Source: Eledone cirrhosa (taxonomy: Eukaryota). From it: a stretch of DNA of 64,000 bases. Shown piece after piece: positions 52,715 to 64,000 of the stretch. The position numbers and the translations under genes were made by a program. The notes under the pieces are model-generated. The model did not search any database. It was not told where the DNA came from and saw nothing but the letters and a program-made list of their open reading frames with translations. Numbering within the stretch: position 1 is the stretch's first letter; every line of letters begins with the position of its first letter. The stretch spans positions 65,224,001 through 65,288,000 of the forward strand of contig OZ024747.1 of the NCBI GenBank assembly GCA_964016885.1, written 5' to 3'.

Positions 52715-53975
52715 TCATCATCATTTTATGTGCACTTTTCCTTGCTTGCAAGGTTGGGACAGGTCCCCTTCAGCATCTCTCCATTTGTCACAGTCCTTCG
52801 TCATCACCACTGTGAGCCTCAGCGATCTGAGGTCAGCTCTCACCACCTCCACCCATGTTTTTCGTGGTCTTCCTCTACTGCATCTTCCTTCCACTGGGAT
52901 TTCTCCTGCACACTACAGTTTATTCCTCTTATACACAGTTTCACTCCCAACTCATCCATGCTTGGTCGTTCATGCACATTGACATTGCACATCCATTGGA
53001 GCATGCTTGCTTCATTTCTCTTCATCCTTCGCATATCCTCCGTAGTTGCTACCCATGTCTCACTACCATCTCTCACAGGCCTCATACAACCGACCTTTCG
53101 TAGGGAGAAACCCTTCGTTGTTAACAGAGGAACCAGCTCCCTAAACTTCTTCCATCCTGTCCTTATTATAGATACTATGGCCTTGGTGCACCCTCCTCCC
53201 TTGCTAATCTGATCACCTAGATATCAACCACCTCTATAGATCCTACCTGCATTTGAAAAATGTGCCTATCACTGACACTTCTACTATCAATTTTTGCTGA
53301 ACATCTACTATAATTTTCCTTTCCTGTTAGTTTGCCTGCTATCCCACTACACCTCTTGTGTACCCAAGATCTGCATTGTGTACATTCTATAGAGTTTATG
53401 CCAACTCCTTTTCTACATATCGAATGGAATCAGAGTCTTGACCTCTTTCCTACTTATCAATATTTTAGTCTTTGCTAGGTTCATTCTCAGTCCCCTTGAT
53501 TCCAACTGCTGTTTCCGCTGGAATTTATTCTCTAGCTCTTCTACTGATTCTGCTATAAGTACCAGATCATCATCATAGAGAAGTTCCCATGGGCAGCCCA
53601 TCTTAAACTCCTCTGTTATGGCTTGGAGAACTATAATGAACAAGAGCGGGCTAAGGACCAAACCCTGATGAACGCCTACTTGTATCTGGAATTCCTCACT
53701 AAACTCCATTTCTACTCATTTTACTGACAGCTCCTCTGTACATAGCTTGCACTGTCATCACAAGCCATTCCTCTACACCTAGTTTCCTTAGTGACTACTA
53801 GATGACAGATCAGGGTACTCTATCAAAGGCCTTCGCTTGGTCAACAAAAGCTAAATATAGTGGCTTATTCTTCTCTAAGAACCTCTCTTGTAGTTGTCTC
53901 ACTAGAAGAGGGTATCTATTGTACTTTTTCCAGGCACAAACCAAACTGCATCTCATGTATTCTATTATTCTATTG
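52715..53975 (-). mobile_element. Older RTE LINE fragment (RT to 3' end)
   Basis: LVRQLQERFLEKNKPLYLAFVDQAKAFDRVP, GVHQGLVLSPLLF, LLYDDD, GSETW. Confidence 0.9.
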
Positions 53976-54049
53976 AGATCCATCAGTCTCGAAAGACCAT
54001 GGACCTGCACCTAGAGAATTTTGTGTCAGCACATTGCCCTGCTGAAGCA

Positions 54050-54365
54050 CGAACACCAACCCACTAGGGCAATGCTGCAAGCATTGGGATCAGCTAGGAA
54101 CAACACAAAAAAGAATGTGAGATGCTGTGCAACTGACTATTGATTACAACTATGCAAAGATATCCAACAGTCATTTGACACAGGTAAGATCCACAGAATT
54201 CATGAAGACATCAAGAAAGCCATCGGTCCAGCCCAGAGCAAGATAGCTCCACTCAAATCCAGAACAGGTGAGGTCATCAAAGGTGAAAGAGAGCAGTTGG
54301 AGAGATGGGTAGAACATTACTGTGACCTCTATGCCAAGGAACACAGCATCTCAGACAATGTGCTG
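54050..54365 (+). mobile_element. RTE-clade LINE fragment (EN-RT linker), different family
   Basis: IKKAIGPAQSKIAPLKSRTGEVIKGEREQLERWVEHYCDLY. Confidence 0.7.
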
Positions 54366-55847
54366 CTAGACACTATGGAATACACACACACATATAGATA
54401 TATATATACACACACAAAAGAATTAAAATACTATAACACAAATACACACATTTCATTACTGTGTTACGGTCTAGATTTTTTCTATGATCCTCCATCTTAT
54501 GGAAACATCCATACCATTACCATTGGGATTCCACACATGGCTTGCAAGTTTTGTGATATACCTCTTGTCTGGGTGTCTAAAAGGTTGTTTTGTAGTTGAG
54601 GAAACAGCTTTTGAAGCAGCTCACCAACATGCCTACATATGTCCAGGTGAATGTCACTTCTTCATATATTACTGATGGAGCGTTGCATTGTTGGTCAAAT
54701 GGGCATGTTTCTGGCTTTCTGCAATAGCATCCGGGTGTTAGAGGGCTCTTGTGTTTATTTTTGATCCAGGAATGTGTTTTTTTTTGTCACAGCAGTACCT
54801 TATTTTCACCATGTGATGGTTAAATATCTGACAGTATTTGTGACTTATAAGGAAATGTGTATCAAATGAGTGTTAGGAATATTTTACCTACATTATTTTT
54901 GATGTTGAGAGAGAAAGGTGGTGAGAACCAAATAATGGAATTATGTCTACATTTCTTCTTTCTGCTAGTTTTTGGGTGGTTATCTGGAGAGTAAGAAATG
55001 TTTTCAAAGAAACCACTGTTACTTAGAGCTGTTTTATGGTAAGGGGATGCCCTGTTAAGATTACTTTCTTAGAAAAGAGGTAGATATCATTTGACTGATG
55101 TTCATAATAAAGATTTTGAAACTTATAAGCGGGTGGTATGAGTTTTTGTGTATATATCAGAGTCTTTTGCTTGGTTTGTGATAAGGTTTATATGTGAGTG
55201 CACATAGATCTACATTTATGACTCAGGAGATACATTGTGAATTAGTTGACATTAACAATGACATCAAGCTAAAGATATCCTGCCAAAATAGAATGTATGA
55301 GCAAGACACTGCCAGGTGGCCTGCCTGTCTAGTTTCAGAGCATGACAATCCTTCTAAACCGTGCAAGCATGGATAATTCATGTAAAATAGTGATGATGAT
55401 GATGGTGATATATACAAACACATTAAACAATATATTTATAAACAATACAATATATATTACAAATTATAGTGATACCTACATTAATATATAAATTCAATGT
55501 AGGAACCACTATATTTTCTAATTCTATGCCTTGCTGTGAAAACATAGACAAATACAAAAAGATTCTGTTGTCATCTTTCTTCACAGAAAATTCAACAGAG
55601 TGATTGTGTCTTTACATATTTCAAAGTTAGTTAGGTTTTCATCAAAAGACAAAGTACATTTATTCTTCTGTTTACAAAAATAAGCTCATAGCTAATCACT
55701 ATTTTATCAAGCCTGAATCAAAATTCTATATATTAAAAGATCTAAGATAAAAACAATATATTGCTACAGTATTTCTCTTCTGATAAACAACTAACTAACA
55801 GGAAATCCTCTATATCAGTGATTTTTAACCCTTCTAATGTTGTTTAA

Positions 55848-56068
55848 CTCTTTAGCATTTACATTACTCTATATTTACTATTGTATTTTCGTGGTGAAGG
55901 CTTTACCTCACATAATTATCTCACATAATACTGAATCTATGAGATTTTGATATTATTTATTTTAAGAACAATACCTTAACATCAGTATGAGTGGCCAGTT
56001 ATGACCGGTTTGAATAGAAAGAGGTGAGATAATTCTGGCCAGATACAGCTGGTTTAAATGCTAAAGGA
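55848..56068. mobile_element. piggyBac-type MITE, inverted copy of 11041-11248
   Basis: TTAA on both sides; TIR CTCTTTAGCATTTA/TAAATGCTAAAGGA. Confidence 0.8.
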
Positions 56069-56157
56069 TTAAATCATTGCCTTCGTGTATTTTTAGATAT
56101 GCCTAAAACCAAGGGGATACTAATGGCTGGAATAGCTTTTATTATTGGTCTGTTTAA

Positions 56158-56828
56158 CCCTTTCATTACCATATTTCTAATAATAATAATAATAATAATA
56201 ATAATTTTGACTGGTACTGCACACATATTGAGAAGAGCACAATCTACGTAAGATTGATATCCCTCCTTGTATTTACATATGCATATGTACATGTGTATGT
56301 ATGTATACTGTTTTTTTTTTAAATTATAATCAATGTGCTGTATTAACTGGCTTACCAATGCACACTGTGAATTTATTTGCCCTAGGTGTCAGGAAGACAC
56401 TCAGCATATATCTCAGAAACAATAATGAAAGAAAATAAAAATAGTAATAATAATAATAAAACACTGATTATGATTTTCAAATAACTTTGAAAAATAAACA
56501 AGAATTTGCAGGGATTTTAATAATATAATAATGCATGGTGTTTAATAAAATTTTGATGGAAGAACTTTACACAAATATAAAAAATTTAACAGTTTTATTA
56601 AATTTTTTCTAATAAAAGACGTTGTAGCTTTCAAATAATTTTTTAAATAATCAAAAATTTGGGGGAATTTAATGATACATCTAACATTATTATTATTAAG
56701 ATGAAATTTGGAACAGAACAAAAGTGAAATTATAATTGAAGATTTTTAGATTAATAGAACCATTTTTACCATTTCAGTCTTGTATCATAAAACAAGTGAT
56801 GGTTTCAGGCAGTTTGGAATCAAAAGGG
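56158..56828. mobile_element. Second piggyBac-like non-autonomous element
   Basis: TTAA-CCCTTTCATTACC ... GGAATCAAAAGGG-TTAA. Confidence 0.55.
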
Positions 56829-57459
56829 TTAACCAGCATTTCCTGAACCAGAAACACTACCCACTACAAACACCACAACTACGATCACAAATACAACACA
56901 AATACCACCACCATATACATCACCACTACTACAAATACCACAAACACCACAACTCTCAACACAACCAGCCCTACCACCACTACAACCACTGTTATTATCG
57001 CAACCACCACCAACACCAACACAACTATAACTACCACCTCCACCACCACCAACATCAATAACTTGCTGTAATTCTTCCTCCTCTTATGGAAAACAATTGA
57101 AGTTTTGCCAGAATACTTCCTAAAACCTGACAACCAGACAATATTTTATAATAACTAACAAAATATGAGTTAAAATTTAAAGAAATTATAAATAAAATAA
57201 AATTATAGTTTCTTAAACAATGAACACAATTTTGAACCCCTGCCTCAAAAGACATCAACAAGATACAATTATGGAAGATATTTTACAGAGAATTAAGTGA
57301 CTTTTGATTCCACAAATGATGTGGGAAATAATAATTAATAGAAACTCAGGGGGAAACAGTTTGTATGACCTTGAAGGAACTTTAAATATAGATTACATTG
57401 GATTTCAATTGTGGAGCATACATTTGTGTGTATGTGTGTGTATATGTATACATATATAC

Positions 57460-57820
57460 GCAGTAATACAGAAGATCCGACCCCCCCCCCCACGGGTACA
57501 AGCCGAAGCTGAAGCATATAGACAATATGCCCCCACACCCTCCCACTGTAAAGTGGTCGTGGAGGTGCCACAGCAAAAAAGCACCCAGCCCACACTGTAA
57601 AGTGGACGTGTAGGTGCCATGGAAAAGAGCATCCAGTGCTCACTATAAATGAGGTTGGTGTTAGGAAGGGCATTCAGCTGTAGAAATCAAGCCACAATCA
57701 GTTCCTATATGAGCAAGGCATGGTCAGCCGACCGGACACTGCCCACAACAGGACAATCCGTCTAACCCATGCTAGCGTGGAAGAACGGACGTAAAACGGT
57801 GATGATGATGATGATGATAT
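57460..57820 (+). mobile_element. RTE 3' end and UTR
   Basis: Near-identical to 18125-18475. Confidence 0.9.
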
Positions 57821-58315
57821 ACACAGACACACACACACACACATATATATATGCATATAGACATACATAATGGTGCTTTTCATTATGTCACCAACACGGC
57901 TATTTTACAGGGTGTACTTGATGCTTTTTGTCATGTCACCAACAGGACCACCTTGCAGAATGGAATGGGTGCTTATCTGTTGTGCCAACAATATGACCAC
58001 TTTACAGAGTAGACTGGGTGTTCTTTTGTCATATCATCAGCATGAGAACCTTACATGGAGAATTAGGGGCTTTTTTATTGCCACCATATATATCATATAT
58101 ACCATATATACGCCATATATATATACAAACACACCGATCATTATAATAAATGTTCGGTGAATCCATACGTACATATATATATATGTGTGGATGTATGTAT
58201 ATATATATACATACTACTGTACGTCTGTATACATATATGTATGTACGTATACATACTTATATTTAAGTAACAGCCGTACTAAGAGTGAGAAATGAAATTT
58301 GTTTCATTTTTTCCG

Positions 58316-58367
<52 letters not shown>

Positions 58368-58479
58368 CATACATATATATATATATAAAGGAACGATCGA
58401 CTTTCGTCAAATCGGACCGAGGGAACAATGTTTCCGTTGGTCTTTCCTATTGCTAATACTATCTATCGGTCGCAACTCC

Positions 58480-58610
58480 AGGTAGAAGGAGCAACGTGAA
58501 ATAAAGTGTCTTGCTCAAGGACATAACGCATCGCCTGGTCCAGGAATCAAACTCACAACCTTACGATTGCGAATCCATTTCTCTAACCACTCAGCCACAC
58601 GCCTTCACTT
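58480..58610 (-). mobile_element. tRNA-head CORE-type SINE fragment
   Basis: GAAATAAAGTGTCTTGCTCAAGGACATAAC...GGAATCAAACTCAC...CTAACCACTCAGCCAC. Confidence 0.8.
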
Positions 58611-58834
58611 CATATATATATATATATATATATATACACACTACACACATTTATATATAAATACATATATATATGGAATGTACAAGAAAGCAAGGGTCTT
58701 AAAATCCCTCCATTCTCAAACTGTGATAACATGTCCAGCCCATCATTTTAAGATAAGGGGACATAAGAAAAATGATATACCTATATCTCTCTCTTCTCTC
58801 TCTCTTTCTCTCTCTCTCTCACTATATATATATA

Positions 58835-59181
<347 letters not shown>

Positions 59182-59624
59182 TGTGTGTGTGTGTAAGAAG
59201 TATGCATTTGTCTTCTATATACAAATTAAGAGATATATATCAATGTGTAAAAATAAATACATCTTTACCAATATTTTTGAACTTAACAAACACTTTTAGC
59301 TTGTAATCTATCAATCTATCAATTATAACCTTAACATAACATTTTAGCAAGAAATATAACACAAAAATGAAAACTAGGAGCCAAATAAGATGTAACCTTC
59401 GTTTGTACACAACAAATATCAAAGTAAACATTTAATAATGTTTACATTGAATACATGTTGTATTTTGGTTTTGAAACTTTTAAATAGAATTTAATCATAT
59501 CAGACTCACATAAGGTCAAATGTGTGTTTTGTTGAATATATGGCTTACACATACATGAAAGGATCTGGAGGTAGGAAAATCTACATATATATATGTGTGT
59601 GTATGTGTGTGTGAATGTATATAA

Positions 59625-59657
<33 letters not shown>

Positions 59658-59954
59658 GAGGTAATTTTCGCCTATAAACATTGATTATATAAAAATGTTG
59701 CTCTATTACAGCCCAACACTCTACAAACAAATAAGAAGAGTCTACACCTTAACAACATACAGATGAATACATCATGACATGGTACTTAAGAACAATCACA
59801 TTTAACACAGACTTGACATTTGTTTTTTTATGTATATATTATATTGTATATTTTTACACTTGTAAAGCCATATTTAAATGAGTAGGAATATGTATTACGA
59901 TATACAGCCTACCATTACACCTTATTTATGAAATATTTGCCCAATTAGTATTTA

Positions 59955-60110
59955 ACCATGCTTTGCAGCATAGAGTTATGGCCCTTTGTGTTTTGAGTTC
60001 AAATCCGCCAAGGTCAACTTTTCCTTTCATCCTTACGGGGTCGATAAAATAAAGTACCAGTGATGCACTGGGGTAATCGCTGGCCTTGTGCCAAAAGTAG
60101 AAACCCTGAT
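59955..60110 (+). mobile_element. Deu/Nin-domain SINE
   Basis: GAGTTCAAATCC, CCTTTCATCCTTACGGGGTCGATAAAATAAAGTACCAG. Confidence 0.85.
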
Positions 60111-60447
60111 TATCATTTAACCTTCAGCATGCTGAAAATGTTTCATGAATTGCTTTCCATGACACTGTGTATTAAGGGGAGATTACTCCATTGTCACAAT
60201 TTGTTTCTGCCAGCATGTTGAAAACTGATAATCCTTTCACTGTAACCCTTATCAGTCCAGTTCCCTATTGTCATTCTTATTTCTTATTTTTCATTTTATC
60301 TCCAGTCTATTCCTTGTCTCAACATCCATTACTTGTATTCTAACATACACCAATATACATATATATATCTTCAAAATAGGAATTCTTGTTCATTGTTTCT
60401 GATGAGAATAGTGAGATGGCTCTACTGTGCATACACACGCACACACT

Positions 60448-60497
<50 letters not shown>

Positions 60498-60541
60498 AAG
60501 ATCGAAATTAAGAGTATTCCGCAGTTCACTGTAATAATAAT

Positions 60542-60733
60542 TGTTTCTACGTTAGGCACAAGGCCAGCAATTACTCCAGTGTATTACTGGTACTTTATTT
60601 TATCGACCCCCGTAAGGATGAAAGGTAAAGTGAACCTCGGCGGGATTTGAACTCAGACCGTAAAGAGTCGTAACTCTATGCCGTAAAGCATGGCGTCCGA
60701 CCCTCTACCGATACTACCAATCCACCGCCCTTA
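60542..60733 (-). mobile_element. Full-length Deu/Nin-domain SINE with 20-bp TSD
   Basis: TSD CAGTTCACTGTAATAATAAT at 60522-60541 and 60734-60753. Confidence 0.9.
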
Positions 60734-60808
60734 CAGTTCACTGTAATAATAATAATAGTATTAGATCAAAGAAGAATAGAGAATTTTCTTCTGAGCTCAA
60801 ATGCAAAT

Positions 60809-61277
60809 ATATTACACAAAGAGAAGTGTGTTACTTAACGAGCTCCAAATTGTTGAGCTAATAAATTCGAATGGTTGGGCTGCCCTCTCTAGCATTTTCC
60901 CCAATCCACGAGAGCCGTTATTTGATGCAAATAACACGTGATTTCGCCCTACTCTGGGCAGTGTGTATATTAGCTTTCTCTCTATCCATGAGGTTAGATG
61001 TGTCATGAACAGTGTCCACATTTGCTGACTGAGGATCCTGTGACCTGTTATACTGCACATATCGGTGGTGAAACGAAGCGAGATTCGTATCAGCAAACTT
61101 ATAGTTATAAGCTTGGTAATTTAAAACTCTAATTCAGAGATTTGATTCTGACTTAGTTTTTTTCTATTTAATTGCTAAACCTGTAGATATTGTTCTCTAT
61201 ACAGTAACGGTAAAACTCATTTGTAATAATTCTTTACACACCTCTCACTGTGTAACACACTTCTCTTTGTGTAATAT
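60809..61277 (+). mobile_element. ~470-bp element with 26-bp terminal inverted repeats and an internal hammerhead
   Basis: ATATTACACAAAGAGAAGTGTGTTAC / GTAACACACTTCTCTTTGTGTAATAT. Confidence 0.75.
61021..61097 (+). ncRNA. Complete type I hammerhead ribozyme motif
   Basis: Stem I TTTGCTGA/TCAGCAAA (8 bp), CTGAGGA 61029-61035, stem II CC-TGTG/CACA-GG with U.U closure, GAAAC 61070-61074, stem III ACGAA/TTCGT, GUA site at 61087-61089. Confidence 0.8.
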
Positions 61278-61287
61278 ATATATATAT

Positions 61288-61800
61288 AGGTGTCATGACA
61301 AAAAGCACCCACCCCACATTATTATAAATGTGGTTGGTGTTAAGAAGGGCATCCAACCATAAATACCAAGCCAGAAACAGTTCTGTATGAGCAAGACATG
61401 GTCACTTGACCTGACTTGCCTCAACGAAACAACCCATTTAGCCCATGGTAGTGTGGAAAAATAGATGTTAAACGATGATGATGATGATGATGGAATATAT
61501 ATATATATATATATATATATATCTTTTTTCTTTTTTAAGCCAGAAGGCTCATTTGGTCAGTGCTTATCCTGGTTTCATGGCGTGAAGTGACTGAGAGTAC
61601 AAGATTTCGCCCTGGACAGGATGCCAGTCCATCACAGGGTTAAACCCCCAGCTATTGCTGGTACTCATTTTCAGCTGAGTGTACTGGAGCAACATGAAAT
61701 GAAGTGTTTTCCTCAAGAACACGACACGCAACCCAGAAATCAAACCCACGACATTATGATCATAAGTCCAACACCCTTACCACTAGGCTATGTGCCTCCA
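61288..61800. mobile_element. SINE tail (+, 61288-61492) and CORE-type SINE (-, ~61560-61800)
   Basis: AAGGGCATCCAACCATA...(GAT)n; GAAATGAAGTGTTTTCCTCAAGAACACGAC. Confidence 0.7.
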
Positions 61801-62764
61801 CACACACACACATATATATATATATATGCTAGCGTGGAAGATGGACGTTAAACGATGACGATGATGATATACACACAGAGTGGAACCTCAGTTACTGAAC
61901 ACATCCATTATTTCATGTCTCAGTATTTGTGCACTTTTGGGAGTGAAAATATGTCTTGGAAATCATACATCTCCTCGGTTATTGCCGCTGCGTAACTTCC
62001 CCAGGCCAAGTTCCCACATGAAGCATCAGACGTGTGCATGGCCCAGTCTGCCTCTGTCTCTCTCACTAAGTGAGCAACTCTCCTAGCACTAGTCCAAAAA
62101 TGTTTGCTTTAAATAGAGTTTTTGTGGGGTTAGGGGAAGTTATGTACATACATAGATATATACATATATATATACACACATACATATATAGACACATATA
62201 TATGCATATATACGCATGCTGTATTGATACTTGAGTTATTTTATTATAAAAAAATTGTGTCAAGAATAAAACAAGAGGCTACATCATTGTAAGTTTTACA
62301 TTTTAGAGGGAATTATGTTTGATTCCAAATAAATCTTGAAAGATACAGAAACAGTTAAGTGGTTTTTGTTGATGTATTTTTGTTTTGTCTAATATTTCAT
62401 GTCTAATTTAACCTATTTCATCTGATTCTTCATTGTTTACTGCTTGAAAGATAAAGAAGAAGTAAAACAACTACAGACTGTTTTTTAACCATATTTTACA
62501 TCATGATTTACAAAGCAATATTCTATGATTTGTGATTAATTGCATCTAAAAATAATGATGTATTTTATTACAGCAACAATTTCTCCAAAACATAATAAAA
62601 TATACACAACTTGACAGGAAAATTGCTGACTCCGGTATTATAGTTTCTTTGTCATTTAGTTTCAATTTGGTTTTCTGTATCTCACATTAAATTTCTTCTG
62701 ATGTACTGAAGGAAGATTTGTCAGACATTGTGTCTGCTAGAGAGAAGGAGTCACTGAGTAAAAC

Positions 62765-63140
62765 ATTGCTAGGTCATATGTCCCTGCTAGGTCATATGTC
62801 ACCGTGAGGTCATGTGTCAGTGCTAGATCATATGTCACTGCTAGGTCATATGTCACTGCTAGGTTATATGTTATTGCTAGGTCATATGTCATTGCTAGGT
62901 CATATGTTACCATTAGGTCATATGTCACCATTAGGTCATATGTTACTGCTAGGTCATATGTCACTGCTAGGTCATATGTTACCAGTAGGGGGGGGGGGGG
63001 GGGGGCATATACCACTGCTAGGTCATATGTCATTGCTAGGTCATATGTCACTAGGTCATATGTCACTGCTAGTCACATGTTATCACATGGGTTCATGTCA
63101 TTGCTAGGTCATATGGCATTACTAGGTCATATGCACTAGG
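62765..63140. repeat. 18-bp minisatellite
   Basis: Unit TGCTAGGTCATATGTCAC, interrupted by poly-G. Confidence 0.9.
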
Positions 63141-63479
63141 CCATATACCACTGTTGGACATCCATCAGCTTCAACAAGTGTTCCAGTCGTCTGATCAATG
63201 CTGCAGCTTGCTTGTGCAAGTGGCTGAGCATTCCTCACACATGCGTTCTCAGGGAGATTCAGTGTGACACAGTGTGTGACATGGCTGTTTCTTTGAATCA
63301 CAGACACAACTCATTTTGACCAACTGAATGAACTGACTCAATATGAAATAAATTGTCTTACATGCCACTCATAATTGAACTCATTACCTTATGATTGTGA
63401 GTGAAACACACTAAACCTAAGCCACATATATCTTCACTGTTAGGTTATACATCACTGTAAAGTCATGTTTTACAATGAG

Positions 63480-63625
63480 GTTCAAGTCTCTGGTGACTTT
63501 GATTCTTCTGTATGGGTGTGAGAGCTTGACTCTTACATCTGATACAGAATGAAGAATCAAGGTTTAAATTGTACAAGTCTCTAGTGACTATGATTCTTCT
63601 GTATGTGTGTGAGCACGACTGTAGG
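63480..63625 (+). mobile_element. Short degenerate RTE fragment with local duplication
   Basis: KSLVTLILLYGCESLTL. Confidence 0.6.
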
Positions 63626-64000
63626 CCAGAAGACGGAGTGTGTCTGTGATTGGCTTTATAACAGTTAGTCTGTATTCTATATTCTGTATTCTACAACAGA
63701 TTGTAAAAACAAGGCCATATTGTCAAAGAATGAAATATTTAGATTATATTCTAGTTTCGAACCCAAACACAATTCAATACTGGAATACAATGTCTGGGTT
63801 GATTTCGACTTTTAGTACTAAAATGTAAAAGAAAAAAACTATTAAAATGTATAGCTAGGAATATTCTTTGTCCTGGCACTATAATTGTAATGGCTAAAAG
63901 TCAGAACAATTCATAAGATAATGGAATGTAATGACATTATAACATTCTCTTGGAAATATACTTCTGTCAGGTAATAGATTGTCGTAAAGAAGATTTAATT

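Overview
AT-rich, microsatellite-laden eukaryotic non-coding DNA. The repeat inventory points to a cephalopod, probably Octopus (inference): RTE LINEs with (GAT)n tails, tRNA-head CORE-type and Deu/Nin-type SINEs, and abundant (TA)n. No host protein-coding exon, rRNA, tRNA gene or CRISPR array can be supported, and most ORFs in the track are microsatellite or minisatellite artefacts. The window holds many RTE/RTE-X LINE fragments, one with an uninterrupted ~360-codon RT C-terminal frame. It also holds a decayed Tx1/L1-clade 5' half, a Tc1/mariner remnant, piggyBac-type MITEs, a probable solo LTR, and several minisatellites, three of which grew out of a 48-bp unit of the SINE/RTE 3' region. The main unexplained signal is a set of at least ten short, sequence-divergent, non-coding fold-back (inverted-repeat) elements, mostly sitting in (TA)n. 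They carry type I hammerhead ribozyme motifs (CUGANGA...GAAAC...GUH), often with a palindromic stem III, an unusually long stem II (60-220 nt) or a U.U closing pair. Many also share an ACTC...GAGT tail motif. They look like Penelope-like (pseudo-LTR) or retrozyme-type non-autonomous ribozyme elements. All folds were read by eye and are untested.
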